From positions 2,421 to 66,420 of the forward strand of contig JBAYHL010000001.1 of NCBI GenBank assembly GCA_041666185.1: a stretch of DNA of 64,000 nt. Direction: 5' to 3'. Below are positions 49,779 to 59,469 of the stretch, one piece after another. Numbering within the stretch: the first letter of the stretch is position 1; each line of letters starts with the position of its first letter. The notes below the pieces were generated by a model. It was given only the letters and a program-made list of their open reading frames with translations, was not told the origin of the DNA and did no database searches. A program made the translations under genes and the position numbers. The stretch is from Patescibacteria group bacterium. Its GTDB lineage: Bacteria > Patescibacteriota > UBA1384 > UBA12157 > JAENIV01.

Positions 49779-50093
49779 TGGTGGAGCTGGGGGAAATTGC
49801 ATCCCCGTCCAAAAAAAGATCTAACAATCATTGACAAGTGTAAATTTTGCCTTTGTTTTCTTAATTTTACCTACTAAGACAACCTTGGTAAAAAGCAAGT
49901 TGATTTGTCATGCCCGATTCCAACCATTCAACTAACAATTGGGCGGACAGCGTTTAGCCTCGCGTTATGCTAAGGCTAGCGCAGGTGTATAAGCTGATTT
50001 GTTGCTTATTTTTTGCGACAAAATCTACGAGCTTATGTCGCCAGCTCGACTTGAAATTGTTTTTCTCTTTTCCTGTCGAATCTATACAGCCCC
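49779..50093 (-). ncRNA. ssrA: tmRNA
   Basis: GGGGCTG..GATTCGAC 5' end, CAGCTCCACCA 3' end, tag frame NKSAYTPALALA-stop at 50003-49965. Confidence 0.95.
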
Positions 50094-50105
50094 TTATTGA
50101 CTAGT

Positions 50106-50177
50106 ATTGTAAACTGTTTAGAAGCAAAAGTCAAGATAAGCTATTCTCTTGACTTTATGTCAACTTTTCTTTACAAT
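50106..50177. promoter_or_regulatory. divergent promoters for tmRNA and the HTH-Hsp20 gene, with a candidate operator
   Basis: TTGACT-17-TACAAT on both strands; TGTCAA-n6-TTTACA at 50158-50175. Confidence 0.7.
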
Positions 50178-50191
50178 TGTCTCGAGACAAG

Positions 50192-50863
50192 ATGAAAATA
50201 TATATCACTCATATTTCTAAAAAAATAAGAAATCTTCGCGAAGAAAAAAAACTTACCCAAGAAGAATTGGCGGAAAAATTAGGAATTTCCAGGCAATCAA
50301 TTATTTCTGTTGAAAAAGGTAAATGTTTGCCATCGCTGCCTTTAGCCCTTAGAATGTCTGAACTTTTTAATTTAGCTTTCGACGAAATCTTCGGATCCCA
50401 AAATAACCATAAAGAAAAAGGAGTAAACATTATGCCACACTATCTATCACCCCTGTCACCTTTTGGCGACCTCGACCGAATCTTCGAAGACGAAGAAAAC
50501 ACGCCAACTTGGCCTGCACGCCGCGGTTTTTCATATCCGGCCATCAATATTAAACAAACTGCCAAAGATATTATTTTAACCGCTGATATTCCTGGCATTA
50601 AAGAAGATGAATTAGAAATTGAAGTAGGACGAGATTTTGTTAATATTTCCGGCGCACGTCAAGAAGAAGAAAAACAAGAAGAGGAAGGCTACTTTAGACA
50701 AGAAGTCCGCTATGGTTCATTTGCCCGACGTCTTTCGTTACCAATCGAAATTAGAACCGACAAAGCCGAGGCAACAATTAAAGATGGTATTTTAAAACTC
50801 GTAATGCCAAAATTAGAAATTGCCAAACCAAAGGTTACCAAAATCAAAATTAAGAAATCTTAA
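50192..50863 (+). CDS. XRE-family HTH fused to Hsp20/alpha-crystallin domain
   Basis: LTQEELAEKLGISRQSIISVEKG..PSL, then PAINI..ADIPG..ISG.R..E.RYGSF.R..LP..A..KDGIL...PK. Confidence 0.9.
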   Translation: MKIYITHISKKIRNLREEKKLTQEELAEKLGISRQSIISVEKGKCLPSLPLALRMSELFNLAFDEIFGSQNNHKEKGVNIMPHYLSPLSPFGDLDRIFEDEENTPTWPARRGFSYPAINIKQTAKDIILTADIPGIKEDELEIEVGRDFVNISGARQEEEKQEEEGYFRQEVRYGSFARRLSLPIEIRTDKAEATIKDGILKLVMPKLEIAKPKVTKIKIKKS

Positions 50864-50907
50864 AAGCACTGGAAAATTTCATATTTTTTTGCTAAAATTA
50901 AGTTAAG

Positions 50908-51549
50908 ATGAGACTTAAACCTTATATTATTGGTATTACCGGGGGAACTGCTTCAGGCAAAACTTTTGTCATTGAAGCTTTAAAAGACTATTTTGACGGA
51001 AAAATTTTAGTTATTTCCCAAGACCAATATTTTAAAGGCGAGAGCGCTAAACAGCTTGATCGTTGGGAAAGAGCTAATCTTGACCAACCAAAAGCTTTTG
51101 ATAATGAATTATTAGAAAAACATTTAAAATTACTTTTATCAAAAAAAACGGTTTTAGCACCAGTTTATGATTTTGCTCGCCACAAACAAGCTAAAGCAAA
51201 AGTACCGCTTGAGCCAAAACCAGTTATCATTTTAGAAGGAATTTTAATTTTTAATAATCCTGAAATTCGCAATTTGATTGATTTAAAAATTTATCTAGAA
51301 GCCGATCCGGACATTCGTTTAGCCAGACGTTTACTCCGCGACATTGAAGAGCGCGGCGTTACAATTGAAAATCTTCGATCTTCAATTGAATGGTATGTTC
51401 AAAAAGTTAAACCAATGCACGACAAATATATTCACCCAATGAAACAATATGCCGATATGCGACTAGACACCAATAAAGGTTCACTAGAAGCAGCTAATAC
51501 AGTTCAAGAAAGAGTTAAAGAAATCCTTAAAAAATACGAAGAAAAGTAA
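50908..51549 (+). CDS. udk: uridine kinase
   Basis: IGITGGTASGKT, SQDQYF, D.P.AFD, ILEGIL and RLARRLLRD. Confidence 0.93.
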   Translation: MRLKPYIIGITGGTASGKTFVIEALKDYFDGKILVISQDQYFKGESAKQLDRWERANLDQPKAFDNELLEKHLKLLLSKKTVLAPVYDFARHKQAKAKVPLEPKPVIILEGILIFNNPEIRNLIDLKIYLEADPDIRLARRLLRDIEERGVTIENLRSSIEWYVQKVKPMHDKYIHPMKQYADMRLDTNKGSLEAANTVQERVKEILKKYEEK

Positions 51550-51555
51550 AATTAC

Positions 51556-51632
51556 GGGCGGTTAGCTCAGTTGGCTAGAGCGTCTCATTGACGTTGAGAA
51601 GGTCACTGGTTCGAGTCCAGTACTGCCCACCA
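51556..51632 (+). tRNA. tRNA-Val(GAC)
   Basis: GGGCGGT/ACTGCCC stem, TCTCA-TTGACGT-TGAGA anticodon arm, CCA end. Confidence 0.96.
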
Positions 51633-51639
51633 TTAAAAA

Positions 51640-52014
51640 TTACGCTTTCCATAAACCATGGACATTGCAATACTCACGAACAATTATATTATTAGCACTA
51701 ATTGAAAATTCAGCCTCTGGGCTGTCTTTTGGTTTTAAATGTTTACGATAAATCTTACCATCGGCAATTATTTCAATCCATTGAATATAATGTTTTTCTT
51801 CCATTGGATGAGGTACTGAGCCAACGCTAACTTTAATTTTACCACCAACATTTTCAACCACTGGCACGTGTTTTTCCTTGCCTTCGTCTTCGGTTTTTTC
51901 AACTTGAAGTTTCATTGGTTGACCACAACAAACTAGTTCGCCACCACCAGCAAATAAAACTTCGACAATATTTCCACAAACATTGCATTTGTAAACCTGG
52001 TTTTGAGTAATCAT
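51640..52014 (-). CDS. desulfoferrodoxin (superoxide reductase)
   Basis: [25 protein letters not shown] and YCNVHGLW. Confidence 0.96.
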   Translation of the reverse strand: MITQNQVYKCNVCGNIVEVLFAGGGELVCCGQPMKLQVEKTEDEGKEKHVPVVENVGGKIKVSVGSVPHPMEEKHYIQWIEIIADGKIYRKHLKPKDSPEAEFSISANNIIVREYCNVHGLWKA

Positions 52015-52041
52015 TTTACCTCCTATTTTAATTATAGCACT

Positions 52042-52767
52042 CTACCCCTTGATCATTAAGACCAATTTCCCTGATCCGCACCCTAAATGAACAACACGTG
52101 CCTGCCAATGTTTAGCTGGCAAATAAACTTCTTTTAAAATTTTCTTTGATCCAAAAATAGAATTGATAAGATTTTTTAAAATTTTTGGAGATAAAAAACA
52201 AACGACCGTATTGGGCGTAATTTCCAAGCGTTGGATTCTAACACCAATTTTAGAATTTAATTTTGATAACAAATAAATAATTTTCGAAGCAAAACCAGAT
52301 TGATTAACTAATTCCTCAATAAAAATCGCCCCGCCTGGACGAACAAGACGTTTTAATTCCTTAAGAGCAGTTTCTTGATTTTTTCTTGTTTTGGAAAAAT
52401 TTTCACCAATTAAATGATGTAAAACATCACGAATAATTAAGCAATCAAACGATTGGTCAGGAAATTTTGAACTTAAAATAGACCCTTGATAAAATTTTAT
52501 ATCAGAAGAAACCTGATATTTTTTATAAGCATTGATGAGTTCTATGTTAGAAAGCTCCACTTTGAATTTCGCTAACTTTTTAATTTCTGAAAGTAATAGT
52601 CCTCCCCCACCGCCAAATTCACAAATTTTCAATAAATTTTTAGGGTTTTTCTTTTCAGCCCATTTTACTAAAAGTGAGATTATTGGCGAATTGGCGGCCG
52701 ATTGATCGATTCTTGAATAATACTTCGCCTGTTCTTTAAAAAGCTTTTCGACAGTAGGATGTTGCAT
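52042..52767 (-). CDS. class I SAM-dependent methyltransferase
   Basis: EFGGGGG, FD....VLHH and LVRPGG. Confidence 0.85.
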   Translation of the reverse strand: MQHPTVEKLFKEQAKYYSRIDQSAANSPIISLLVKWAEKKNPKNLLKICEFGGGGGLLLSEIKKLAKFKVELSNIELINAYKKYQVSSDIKFYQGSILSSKFPDQSFDCLIIRDVLHHLIGENFSKTRKNQETALKELKRLVRPGGAIFIEELVNQSGFASKIIYLLSKLNSKIGVRIQRLEITPNTVVCFLSPKILKNLINSIFGSKKILKEVYLPAKHWQARVVHLGCGSGKLVLMIKG

Positions 52768-52769
52768 AA

Positions 52770-53858
52770 TTACTCATCAGTTAATCTAAATTTCAACATT
52801 GAAATTGTTAACGTTACTGCAATCCATGCGAGAACAATAATAATATTCATTGGATTCGTAAACGGTGAAGCTGCTTCTATACCAATTTGGCGAATCATTC
52901 TAAGTAATGGCGCTAACGGTAAATATTGAACAATGCTGTACAACCATTTTGGTAATTGATCGATTGGAAAAAAGACACCAGCCAAAAACATCATTGGAAT
53001 AGTAATTGCCACCGACATGCCTTGAGCAGCATCAGTTGATTTAGCAATCGAAGAAACCATAAAACCAATCGATTGAAAAAGTAAACCACCAAGCAGTGAA
53101 AATAAAAATATTAAACCAATATTACCGTAGATATGAGCGTGAAAAAAGTAAATACCAATAATTAAAATTAAACTAATTTGAAAAACATTTAAAACTAAAC
53201 GTGAAAGAACTTCAGCCATTACAAATTTCCAAGTCCGAAGCGGTGTAGTTGTAATGCGTTTTAAAATTTTGTCTTCTCTATAATTTGCCATGGTAATAGC
53301 AATACCTTGAACAGAAGCATTCATTAGAGCAAGACCAATCAAACCCATTAAAACAAAATCAAAATATGTTAGGTCGCGATCATTATTTTTTTCCTCCACA
53401 ACAGAAAAAATCGGTTGGGCACTAAGTGCTTGAAAATTAGCAATTGTTAGAAATTGATTAACAAAACCAATCACAATACCGTTTGTCTGGGCATTAGCAG
53501 GATCATCAATCACTTTAATTTCTTTAGGTGAGTTTGGCGCCATGTTACCAAAATTTTCTGGGACTACAACTATGGCGCTAATTTGAGCTTTTTTCAAAAG
53601 ATCTTTAGCTTGAGACTCATCAACATCGGTTTTAATTTTAAATAATTCTGATTTTTCAGCTGTGGTTTGAAAACTTTTAGCTATTTGGGAATTAGAATTA
53701 TTAATCAAAACAACTGTCCCGGCACTAGTTGTGCCACTACCAAAGAAAAATCCAAAAATAACTGTAAACATTAACGGAAAAACAAGACTCCAAAATAAAG
53801 CTTGTTTTCCTCGAACCATCATTTTTAAATTAGCAATAAATAGTTTAATCACTTTCAC
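52770..53858 (-). CDS. ABC-2 type permease
   Basis: FWSLVFPL, RE.KILKR..TTP and FLAGVFFP..LP. Confidence 0.92.
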   Translation of the reverse strand: MKVIKLFIANLKMMVRGKQALFWSLVFPLMFTVIFGFFFGSGTTSAGTVVLINNSNSQIAKSFQTTAEKSELFKIKTDVDESQAKDLLKKAQISAIVVVPENFGNMAPNSPKEIKVIDDPANAQTNGIVIGFVNQFLTIANFQALSAQPIFSVVEEKNNDRDLTYFDFVLMGLIGLALMNASVQGIAITMANYREDKILKRITTTPLRTWKFVMAEVLSRLVLNVFQISLILIIGIYFFHAHIYGNIGLIFLFSLLGGLLFQSIGFMVSSIAKSTDAAQGMSVAITIPMMFLAGVFFPIDQLPKWLYSIVQYLPLAPLLRMIRQIGIEAASPFTNPMNIIIVLAWIAVTLTISMLKFRLTDE

Positions 53859-54786
53859 CTTCTTGGATTCTTTTACCAGTTAATTCAATAAATAAATCTT
53901 CTAGAGTGGCTCTACCAACAGTTAAGCTTTCTGGGTCTTTGGTTTGTAATAAACCAACCGCTTTGTTTAAAGCTTTTTGATTTTTAAGATTTAATTCGTA
54001 ATGAGAAGTTTTTCCTGGTAATTTTGTAATATCACATTTTTCTAATTCGCAACTTTCAGTAAGTTTTTGAATAAATTCTAAATCATCTACTTCTAAAATA
54101 AATTCTATTTTATACGGATGCTTTGTTTGCTCAATTAATCTATGGGTTTTATCAAAAGCAATAATTTTTCCCTTATCCATGACTGCGACTCTGTCGCAAA
54201 GAATTTCTGCTTCTTCCATATAATGAGTCGTGAGAACTATGGTTTTGCCTTGCTTTTTAATTTCCGAAATAATGTCCCAAGTATGACGACGAGCCAAAGG
54301 GTCTAGTCCCGTTGTTGGTTCGTCTAAAAAGACAATATCTGGGTCATTAATTAAACTGGCTATAATTGAAAAACGTTGTTTTTGACCGCCAGAAAGATTT
54401 CTAACATATTGGTTAGCCTTGTTTTCCAAACCAACCATCTTGAAAAGTTTTTCTTTATCAGTACTTTTATCGTAAAAACTACCGAAAAGATCTAAAATTT
54501 CAGAAAGTTTTAAATGATCATAATAGGCAGAAGATTGAAGTTGAACACCGACTCTTTCTTTGATTTTTTGCCTATCTCTACGAGCATCAAATCCTAAAAC
54601 TTCAATTGTCCCACCGGTTGGCTTTCGAAGCCCTTCAATCATCTCTAAAGTTGTTGTTTTGCCTGCACCGTTTTCGCCTAAAAGCCCGAAAACTTCATTT
54701 TTTTGAACCTCAAAAGAGACACCGTCGACCGCCATCAATTTATCATATTTTTTAGTTAAGTTTTTAACAATAATTACATTGTCCAT
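53845..54786 (-). CDS. ABC ATP-binding protein (drug-exporter type)
   Basis: [23 protein letters not shown] and TTHYMEEA. Confidence 0.95.
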   Translation of the reverse strand: MDNVIIVKNLTKKYDKLMAVDGVSFEVQKNEVFGLLGENGAGKTTTLEMIEGLRKPTGGTIEVLGFDARRDRQKIKERVGVQLQSSAYYDHLKLSEILDLFGSFYDKSTDKEKLFKMVGLENKANQYVRNLSGGQKQRFSIIASLINDPDIVFLDEPTTGLDPLARRHTWDIISEIKKQGKTIVLTTHYMEEAEILCDRVAVMDKGKIIAFDKTHRLIEQTKHPYKIEFILEVDDLEFIQKLTESCELEKCDITKLPGKTSHYELNLKNQKALNKAVGLLQTKDPESLTVGRATLEDLFIELTGKRIQEGESD

Positions 54787-54854
54787 TTTTCAAACCACAA
54801 AATTAAAAAGCTAGACTTTTCTACGCTAGCTTTTTTTAATATACATTGTTTTTT

Positions 54855-55130
54855 TTAATTCTTCAAGGACTCTTGAAGGTTTTTACCAGCTTTAAAATGA
54901 GGCAAAACTCTTTCAGGAATATCATGAGCTTGTTGAGTTTTAGGATTCAAAAAAGTCTGAGCTTTTCTCTTCTTTAAAGAAAAAGTCCCAAAACCAGCAA
55001 TTGTCACTTTTTCACCAGAAATTAACCCTTCTTTAATAGAAGCGACAAAAGCATCAAAGATTCTTGTAGCCTCTTCTTCAGAGATTTCAGCACGTTGAGC
55101 TGTTTGAGTAATTAATTCACCTTTTTCCAT
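54855..55130 (-). CDS. hup: DNA-binding protein HU
   Basis: GEKV.I.GFGTF..R....NPKT..P.FKAG. Confidence 0.93.
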   Translation of the reverse strand: MEKGELITQTAQRAEISEEEATRIFDAFVASIKEGLISGEKVTIAGFGTFSLKKRKAQTFLNPKTQQAHDIPERVLPHFKAGKNLQESLKN

Positions 55131-55336
55131 AATTTTAATCCTTTAAAATTTCCGCGGAAAGCACCAACTTTACTATAGTTTTATTATAGCAAACTACAAT
55201 AAATAATAACACGTTCCACCAAACCATATTTACCCTTGACAAATGCCTTGAAATAAGGTATAATATTTTAGTTGCCTTGGAATAGCTTAGCTTTCCTCAA
55301 GCGCAAGTTTGAGACAAGCTACATCTAACACAAGGA

Positions 55337-56347
55337 GTGTGTACATTGAAAAAAGCAGGTTTCCTCTCGGTAGTTCTGGTCGTTTTCTTGTCTCTCGTGG
55401 TGGCTTTTGCCGCCAACGCCGCACAGCTTTACAACGCTATCGACCTGGGTTTTAACCCCAGGGCCATCAACAACCAAGGGGTTGTCGGTGGCACCCGATT
55501 GGTGATTAATGATGATTCAAGCTTCTTTGAAGCCGTTACATGGAAGAAAGGTGTGATCACCTCTTTAGGCACTTTTGGCGGCGGAGCCGCCGGCGTCTGC
55601 GACATTAACGATCGAGGAACGCTCCTTATTAATGTCGACCCCGGTAACGGAGCCATGGGTGACTGGACTTATTTAGTCATCCAACCGAATGGCCAGCAAG
55701 ACGAGATTAAGGGAATGGTTGGTGAAGATTATGTATATCTTCTTCGTCTGAACAACCTTAATCAGGCAGTTGGCTACTTAAGCTCGCGCACAGGAAGCCA
55801 AAAAGGTTTCATTTGGAGCCAACAGGCGCAAATAACCATCAAGATGGACGGCCGTTGTTGGCTCGAAGCCATTAACGATGCTGGTCAAGCAGTTGGTTAT
55901 GGCAGCCAAGACATTTACAGTGCACCGTCACCGATGATTTGGACGAATAGCAGCATGTGGGCATTGGACACACCAAGTGGCACCGGCGGAGTTCACGACA
56001 TCAACAACTCCGGCTGGAGCGTTGGTTCGTACGGTACCAGTGATTCCTCTGCTTTCCACCCCGCCTTCTGGACAGATGACGGATGCCTCCTCAAGTTGAA
56101 AGACTTGGGAGGATTACCGGGTTTCGCCGCAAAGATAAACAAAAGAGGCGAGATCATTGGTTTTCTTGATGGCAAGCCGGCAATATGGCAAACACCAAAA
56201 GCCAAGCCGATTTTCCTATCAGATGTCGTCAAGAATCTCAAGATTCTTGACACTATGGACATCAACGATTTAGGACAAATAATTACCGAGGCCGAAAGGC
56301 CTAACGGCACGCACGGGTACTTTTTACTCACGCGCCGTAATCGATAA
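55337..56347 (+). CDS. secreted HAF-type extracellular repeat (beta-propeller) protein
   Basis: Signal peptide, repeated (A/D)IN(D/N).G..VG, LGTFGG; GC-richer, with own promoter and terminator (56363-56398). Confidence 0.8.
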   Translation: MCTLKKAGFLSVVLVVFLSLVVAFAANAAQLYNAIDLGFNPRAINNQGVVGGTRLVINDDSSFFEAVTWKKGVITSLGTFGGGAAGVCDINDRGTLLINVDPGNGAMGDWTYLVIQPNGQQDEIKGMVGEDYVYLLRLNNLNQAVGYLSSRTGSQKGFIWSQQAQITIKMDGRCWLEAINDAGQAVGYGSQDIYSAPSPMIWTNSSMWALDTPSGTGGVHDINNSGWSVGSYGTSDSSAFHPAFWTDDGCLLKLKDLGGLPGFAAKINKRGEIIGFLDGKPAIWQTPKAKPIFLSDVVKNLKILDTMDINDLGQIITEAERPNGTHGYFLLTRRNR

Positions 56348-56405
56348 CTAGCATGTTTTCACAGTCCCCCGAGGATTTTATCTCGGGGGACTTTTTTTAT
56401 TATAT

Positions 56406-57422
56406 TTAAGAACCTTGAATAGTACGTTTTAGTTCTGACCATTCTAAAATCACAACTGACAAAGCAGCAGCAACTGGCACAGCTATAAACATCCCTAAAA
56501 CCCCCATTATCTTAGCGCCTGAAAGTAACGCTAAAATAATAATTACTGGAGATAAACCCACGGCTTTACCCATAATCTTAGGCACTAAAAATTGACCTTC
56601 CAATTGCTGAATTAAAAGATAAGCAATTAAAACGAAAAGTCCCTTCCACGGTGAAATAGTTAAAGCAATTATCAAAGCCGGTATTAATCCTAACCACGGA
56701 CCAATATAAGGCACGACTTCCACAAGACCACCCCAAACTGCTAGAGTTAACGCATAAGGAACACTTAAAAAGAACAAGGCAATTCCATCAGCGATAGCAA
56801 TGATAAACATTAAAGCAACTTGTCCTCTAAGCCAACTACCCATTTTAGAACCAATTTTTCGAATAACATCAAAGATTTTTTCTTTGTGTTCCGAAGGTAT
56901 AGTTTGATGTAAAAATTGTCTTAATGAATTTTGCTCTAGAAGAACATAAAAAGAAAGGACCAAAACTGTTACAACACCAACTATTCCAGCAATAAAACCA
57001 ACTGTTGTTGTATAAAGCCCTGTACTAACTTGACCCAGTTGCGAAGAAAGATTCAATAAACTTTCTTGATAAGTAGGCAAAGTATTTTTTACAGAAGAGT
57101 AAAAAGGACCTAGTTTATTAACATAATAAGGTAAATTAACTGCTAATTGACCAATTTGATTAACAATTGGTGGAATAATTAAAAAACCAATTGCCGTTAA
57201 ACCACCCAAAAAAATAATGCTTAAAAAAACTAAAGCCAAAAGCCTTGGAATATATTTAGCCATTCTATCTACTAATGGCCCCAGGGCAGCCACAATTACT
57301 AAAACAATAAAAAACAAAACAACAATTTCCCTAATGGCGTAAAAAAACCAGACAGCAAAAATAGCAATGATGATTTTAACAATTGTCAGAGTTGAAATTT
57401 CGAATTTAACTTTATTTTCCAT
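56406..57422 (-). CDS. AI-2E family transporter
   Basis: WLRGQ, VPYIGP, QQLEG..LVPKIMG..VGLSP and G.LG.FIAVP. Confidence 0.93.
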   Translation of the reverse strand: MENKVKFEISTLTIVKIIIAIFAVWFFYAIREIVVLFFIVLVIVAALGPLVDRMAKYIPRLLALVFLSIIFLGGLTAIGFLIIPPIVNQIGQLAVNLPYYVNKLGPFYSSVKNTLPTYQESLLNLSSQLGQVSTGLYTTTVGFIAGIVGVVTVLVLSFYVLLEQNSLRQFLHQTIPSEHKEKIFDVIRKIGSKMGSWLRGQVALMFIIAIADGIALFFLSVPYALTLAVWGGLVEVVPYIGPWLGLIPALIIALTISPWKGLFVLIAYLLIQQLEGQFLVPKIMGKAVGLSPVIIILALLSGAKIMGVLGMFIAVPVAAALSVVILEWSELKRTIQGS

Positions 57423-57468
57423 ATATCACCTCTCTTAAATAGTATCATATTACACATAAAAAGATAAA

Positions 57469-57544
57469 TGGTGCCCTCGGCAGGAGTTGAACCTGTAACC
57501 TCTTCCTTAGGACGGAATCGCTCTATCCATTGAGCTACGAGGGC
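57469..57544 (-). tRNA. tRNA-Arg(CCT)
   Basis: GCCCTCG/CGAGGGC stem, GTCCTAA anticodon loop, CCA end. Confidence 0.93.
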
Positions 57545-59197
57545 TTATCTCATATAGATTTTATCACATTTGTAAGATATAATAAAAAGGATTTCGGGGT
57601 GTAGCGCAGCCCGGTAGCGCGCATCGTTCGGGACGATGAGGTCGGAAGTTCGAATCTTCTCACCCCGACCAAGAGTGACAGTTTCAGGTTTTATATTCAA
57701 AATGCTCTTATAGCACGGATTAATTTCGGTGTTCAAATACCCGGGATAGTTCCAGACCAATCCTGATGGGAATATTGAACACAAGAGCATTCTCTTCTGT
57801 TGTAAGTCTGAATTTTGATAAGTATTCGCCAAGTTTTTGAACTTTTCGCGAATAAAAACTGTCACATCTTCAATATTATACTTTGTGATTAAATCGTCAT
57901 CTTTCGCTATTTGGATTGTGGCGATTTTTTGTTCCAAAATCCTATTTTGTTCTTTGAATATGTCATCGGAATAAATACCAGCCAGATTTTTCTCAATTAA
58001 GGCCTGGCGGGTTTCATAGAGCTTTTTAAGCTCATCATCAGCCTGTTCTCGCCTTTTTTGTAGTGTTGCGACCCTGTGATAATAAGTTTTTCGCAGATAA
58101 GTTCCTGTTAACTCCAGAGCTTTATCAGTCATACTAACACTATCAAGAAGATTTGTTGTTGCTTCTTCTAATTCATCCATAGGCACAGAATGGCCTTTGC
58201 CACACCATTTTTGACAAAAGTAATAAGCATACCTCTGCATTTTTCCTTTGCTCCAGCCAGCCGTCAGAGATGACCCGCAACCGCTGCATTTAACAATTCG
58301 GCGTAGCGGAAAATCTTCGTTATCACGATTTTTCTTAGCGAATGGTTTGGCAATATTAACATTTCGTCCATCTAAAATGGCCTGTATACGATAGAATTGT
58401 TCTTCGGTCACCATTGGCGTATGCTGCCCCTGGACTTCTTGCTTATATTTTTTGGACACCAATTTTCCTGTATAGAACTTATTGCGGAACATTCGCTGGA
58501 TTGTTTGCGCCTTAACCTTGAATTCTCTACCCGTTCGATACTTAACTTTTATACCCTTCTCATCCATGATCTTTGCCATCTCTCGTAGTGATTTGGTTCC
58601 CGTCGCCATAAGCTCCCATGCTTCTTTTAATTTATCGAAAGCCTTGGGGTCTTTGGTCACATAGCCGTTTTCATTTAAATAGCCCAACGGGGCCAAACTC
58701 GAAGGAAGCCCCGAAAGGAACCGAGCTCGCAATCCATTCTTGGCTCGTTCTCCTCGCACATCATTATCCATCTGGGCAAAACCAGCCAGCATCGTTTCAA
58801 CAAACTTTTCAGTCGGACTATTGCCTGTTGGCTCCGAAGCTGAAATCAAACTAATCTCACTCTCGGCCAACTTTTTGCGAATTACCAAATAGTCAGCAGT
58901 TTGACGGGAAATACGATCTAGTCGATAGACTATGACCGCCCCGACTTCTTTCTTGTGTTTTCGGCAATATTCAAGCATTTGTAAAAGTACCGGACGACCA
59001 GAAATAGTTTTTGCCGATCGGCCTTCTTCGCGGAAAATCTGGTCGACCGTTAGCTTTCTTCTAGTGGCCTCTTTTGTGCAGATATCTTCCTGCGTTGCGA
59101 GAGAATAATTTTCAATTTGCTCTTCGCTAGAAACGCGAATATACATTACCGCATGTTCGGTTTTGTTCGGTTTTTGGCTAAAAAAAGATTGGTTCAT
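57545..59197 (-). CDS. large serine recombinase (integrase)
   Basis: YIRVSS catalytic motif, RLDRISR, recombinase domain (APLGY, FYTG, GQHTP), CSGC..YYFC zinc ribbon, coiled coil. Confidence 0.95.
   Translation of the reverse strand: MNQSFFSQKPNKTEHAVMYIRVSSEEQIENYSLATQEDICTKEATRRKLTVDQIFREEGRSAKTISGRPVLLQMLEYCRKHKKEVGAVIVYRLDRISRQTADYLVIRKKLAESEISLISASEPTGNSPTEKFVETMLAGFAQMDNDVRGERAKNGLRARFLSGLPSSLAPLGYLNENGYVTKDPKAFDKLKEAWELMATGTKSLREMAKIMDEKGIKVKYRTGREFKVKAQTIQRMFRNKFYTGKLVSKKYKQEVQGQHTPMVTEEQFYRIQAILDGRNVNIAKPFAKKNRDNEDFPLRRIVKCSGCGSSLTAGWSKGKMQRYAYYFCQKWCGKGHSVPMDELEEATTNLLDSVSMTDKALELTGTYLRKTYYHRVATLQKRREQADDELKKLYETRQALIEKNLAGIYSDDIFKEQNRILEQKIATIQIAKDDDLITKYNIEDVTVFIREKFKNLANTYQNSDLQQKRMLLCSIFPSGLVWNYPGYLNTEINPCYKSILNIKPETVTLGRGEKIRTSDLIVPNDARYRAALHPEILFIISYKCDKIYMR
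57595..57671 (+). tRNA. tRNA-Pro(CGG), probable integration site
   Basis: CGGGGTG/CACCCCG stem, CATCG-TTCGGGA-CGATG anticodon arm, CCA end. Confidence 0.96.
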
Positions 59198-59458
59198 TTA
59201 TCCCTCCCTCAATAACTCTTCTAGAGTTAAACTATTAAATGTTTGTTTCTCGTACTCATCCAGCCAGCTATCCAATAGATATTGGAATTGAGTAATATAG
59301 ACGGCTAACTCTTCATCCTGTATATCTTTAACTATTTCTCCCAAAACTGCCCGAGCTTTCTGCACTTTGTTTTCTTCCGGTGATTCAGGGAAGATGTAAA
59401 AAGAATTCTCCAAAGTCTTAAACTTTACCCCTTCCATTGGTTGTAGAACATTATTCAT
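59198..59458 (-). CDS. small acidic protein directly upstream of the integrase
   Basis: AGGAGG SD; stop codon abuts the integrase ATG. Confidence 0.8.
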   Translation of the reverse strand: MNNVLQPMEGVKFKTLENSFYIFPESPEENKVQKARAVLGEIVKDIQDEELAVYITQFQYLLDSWLDEYEKQTFNSLTLEELLREG

Positions 59459-59469
59459 ACGCCCTCCTA

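Noticed and set aside
49233-49779. Island integrated at the tmRNA 3' end
   Set aside because: No integrase and no duplicated tmRNA end found; treated as an orphan cassette
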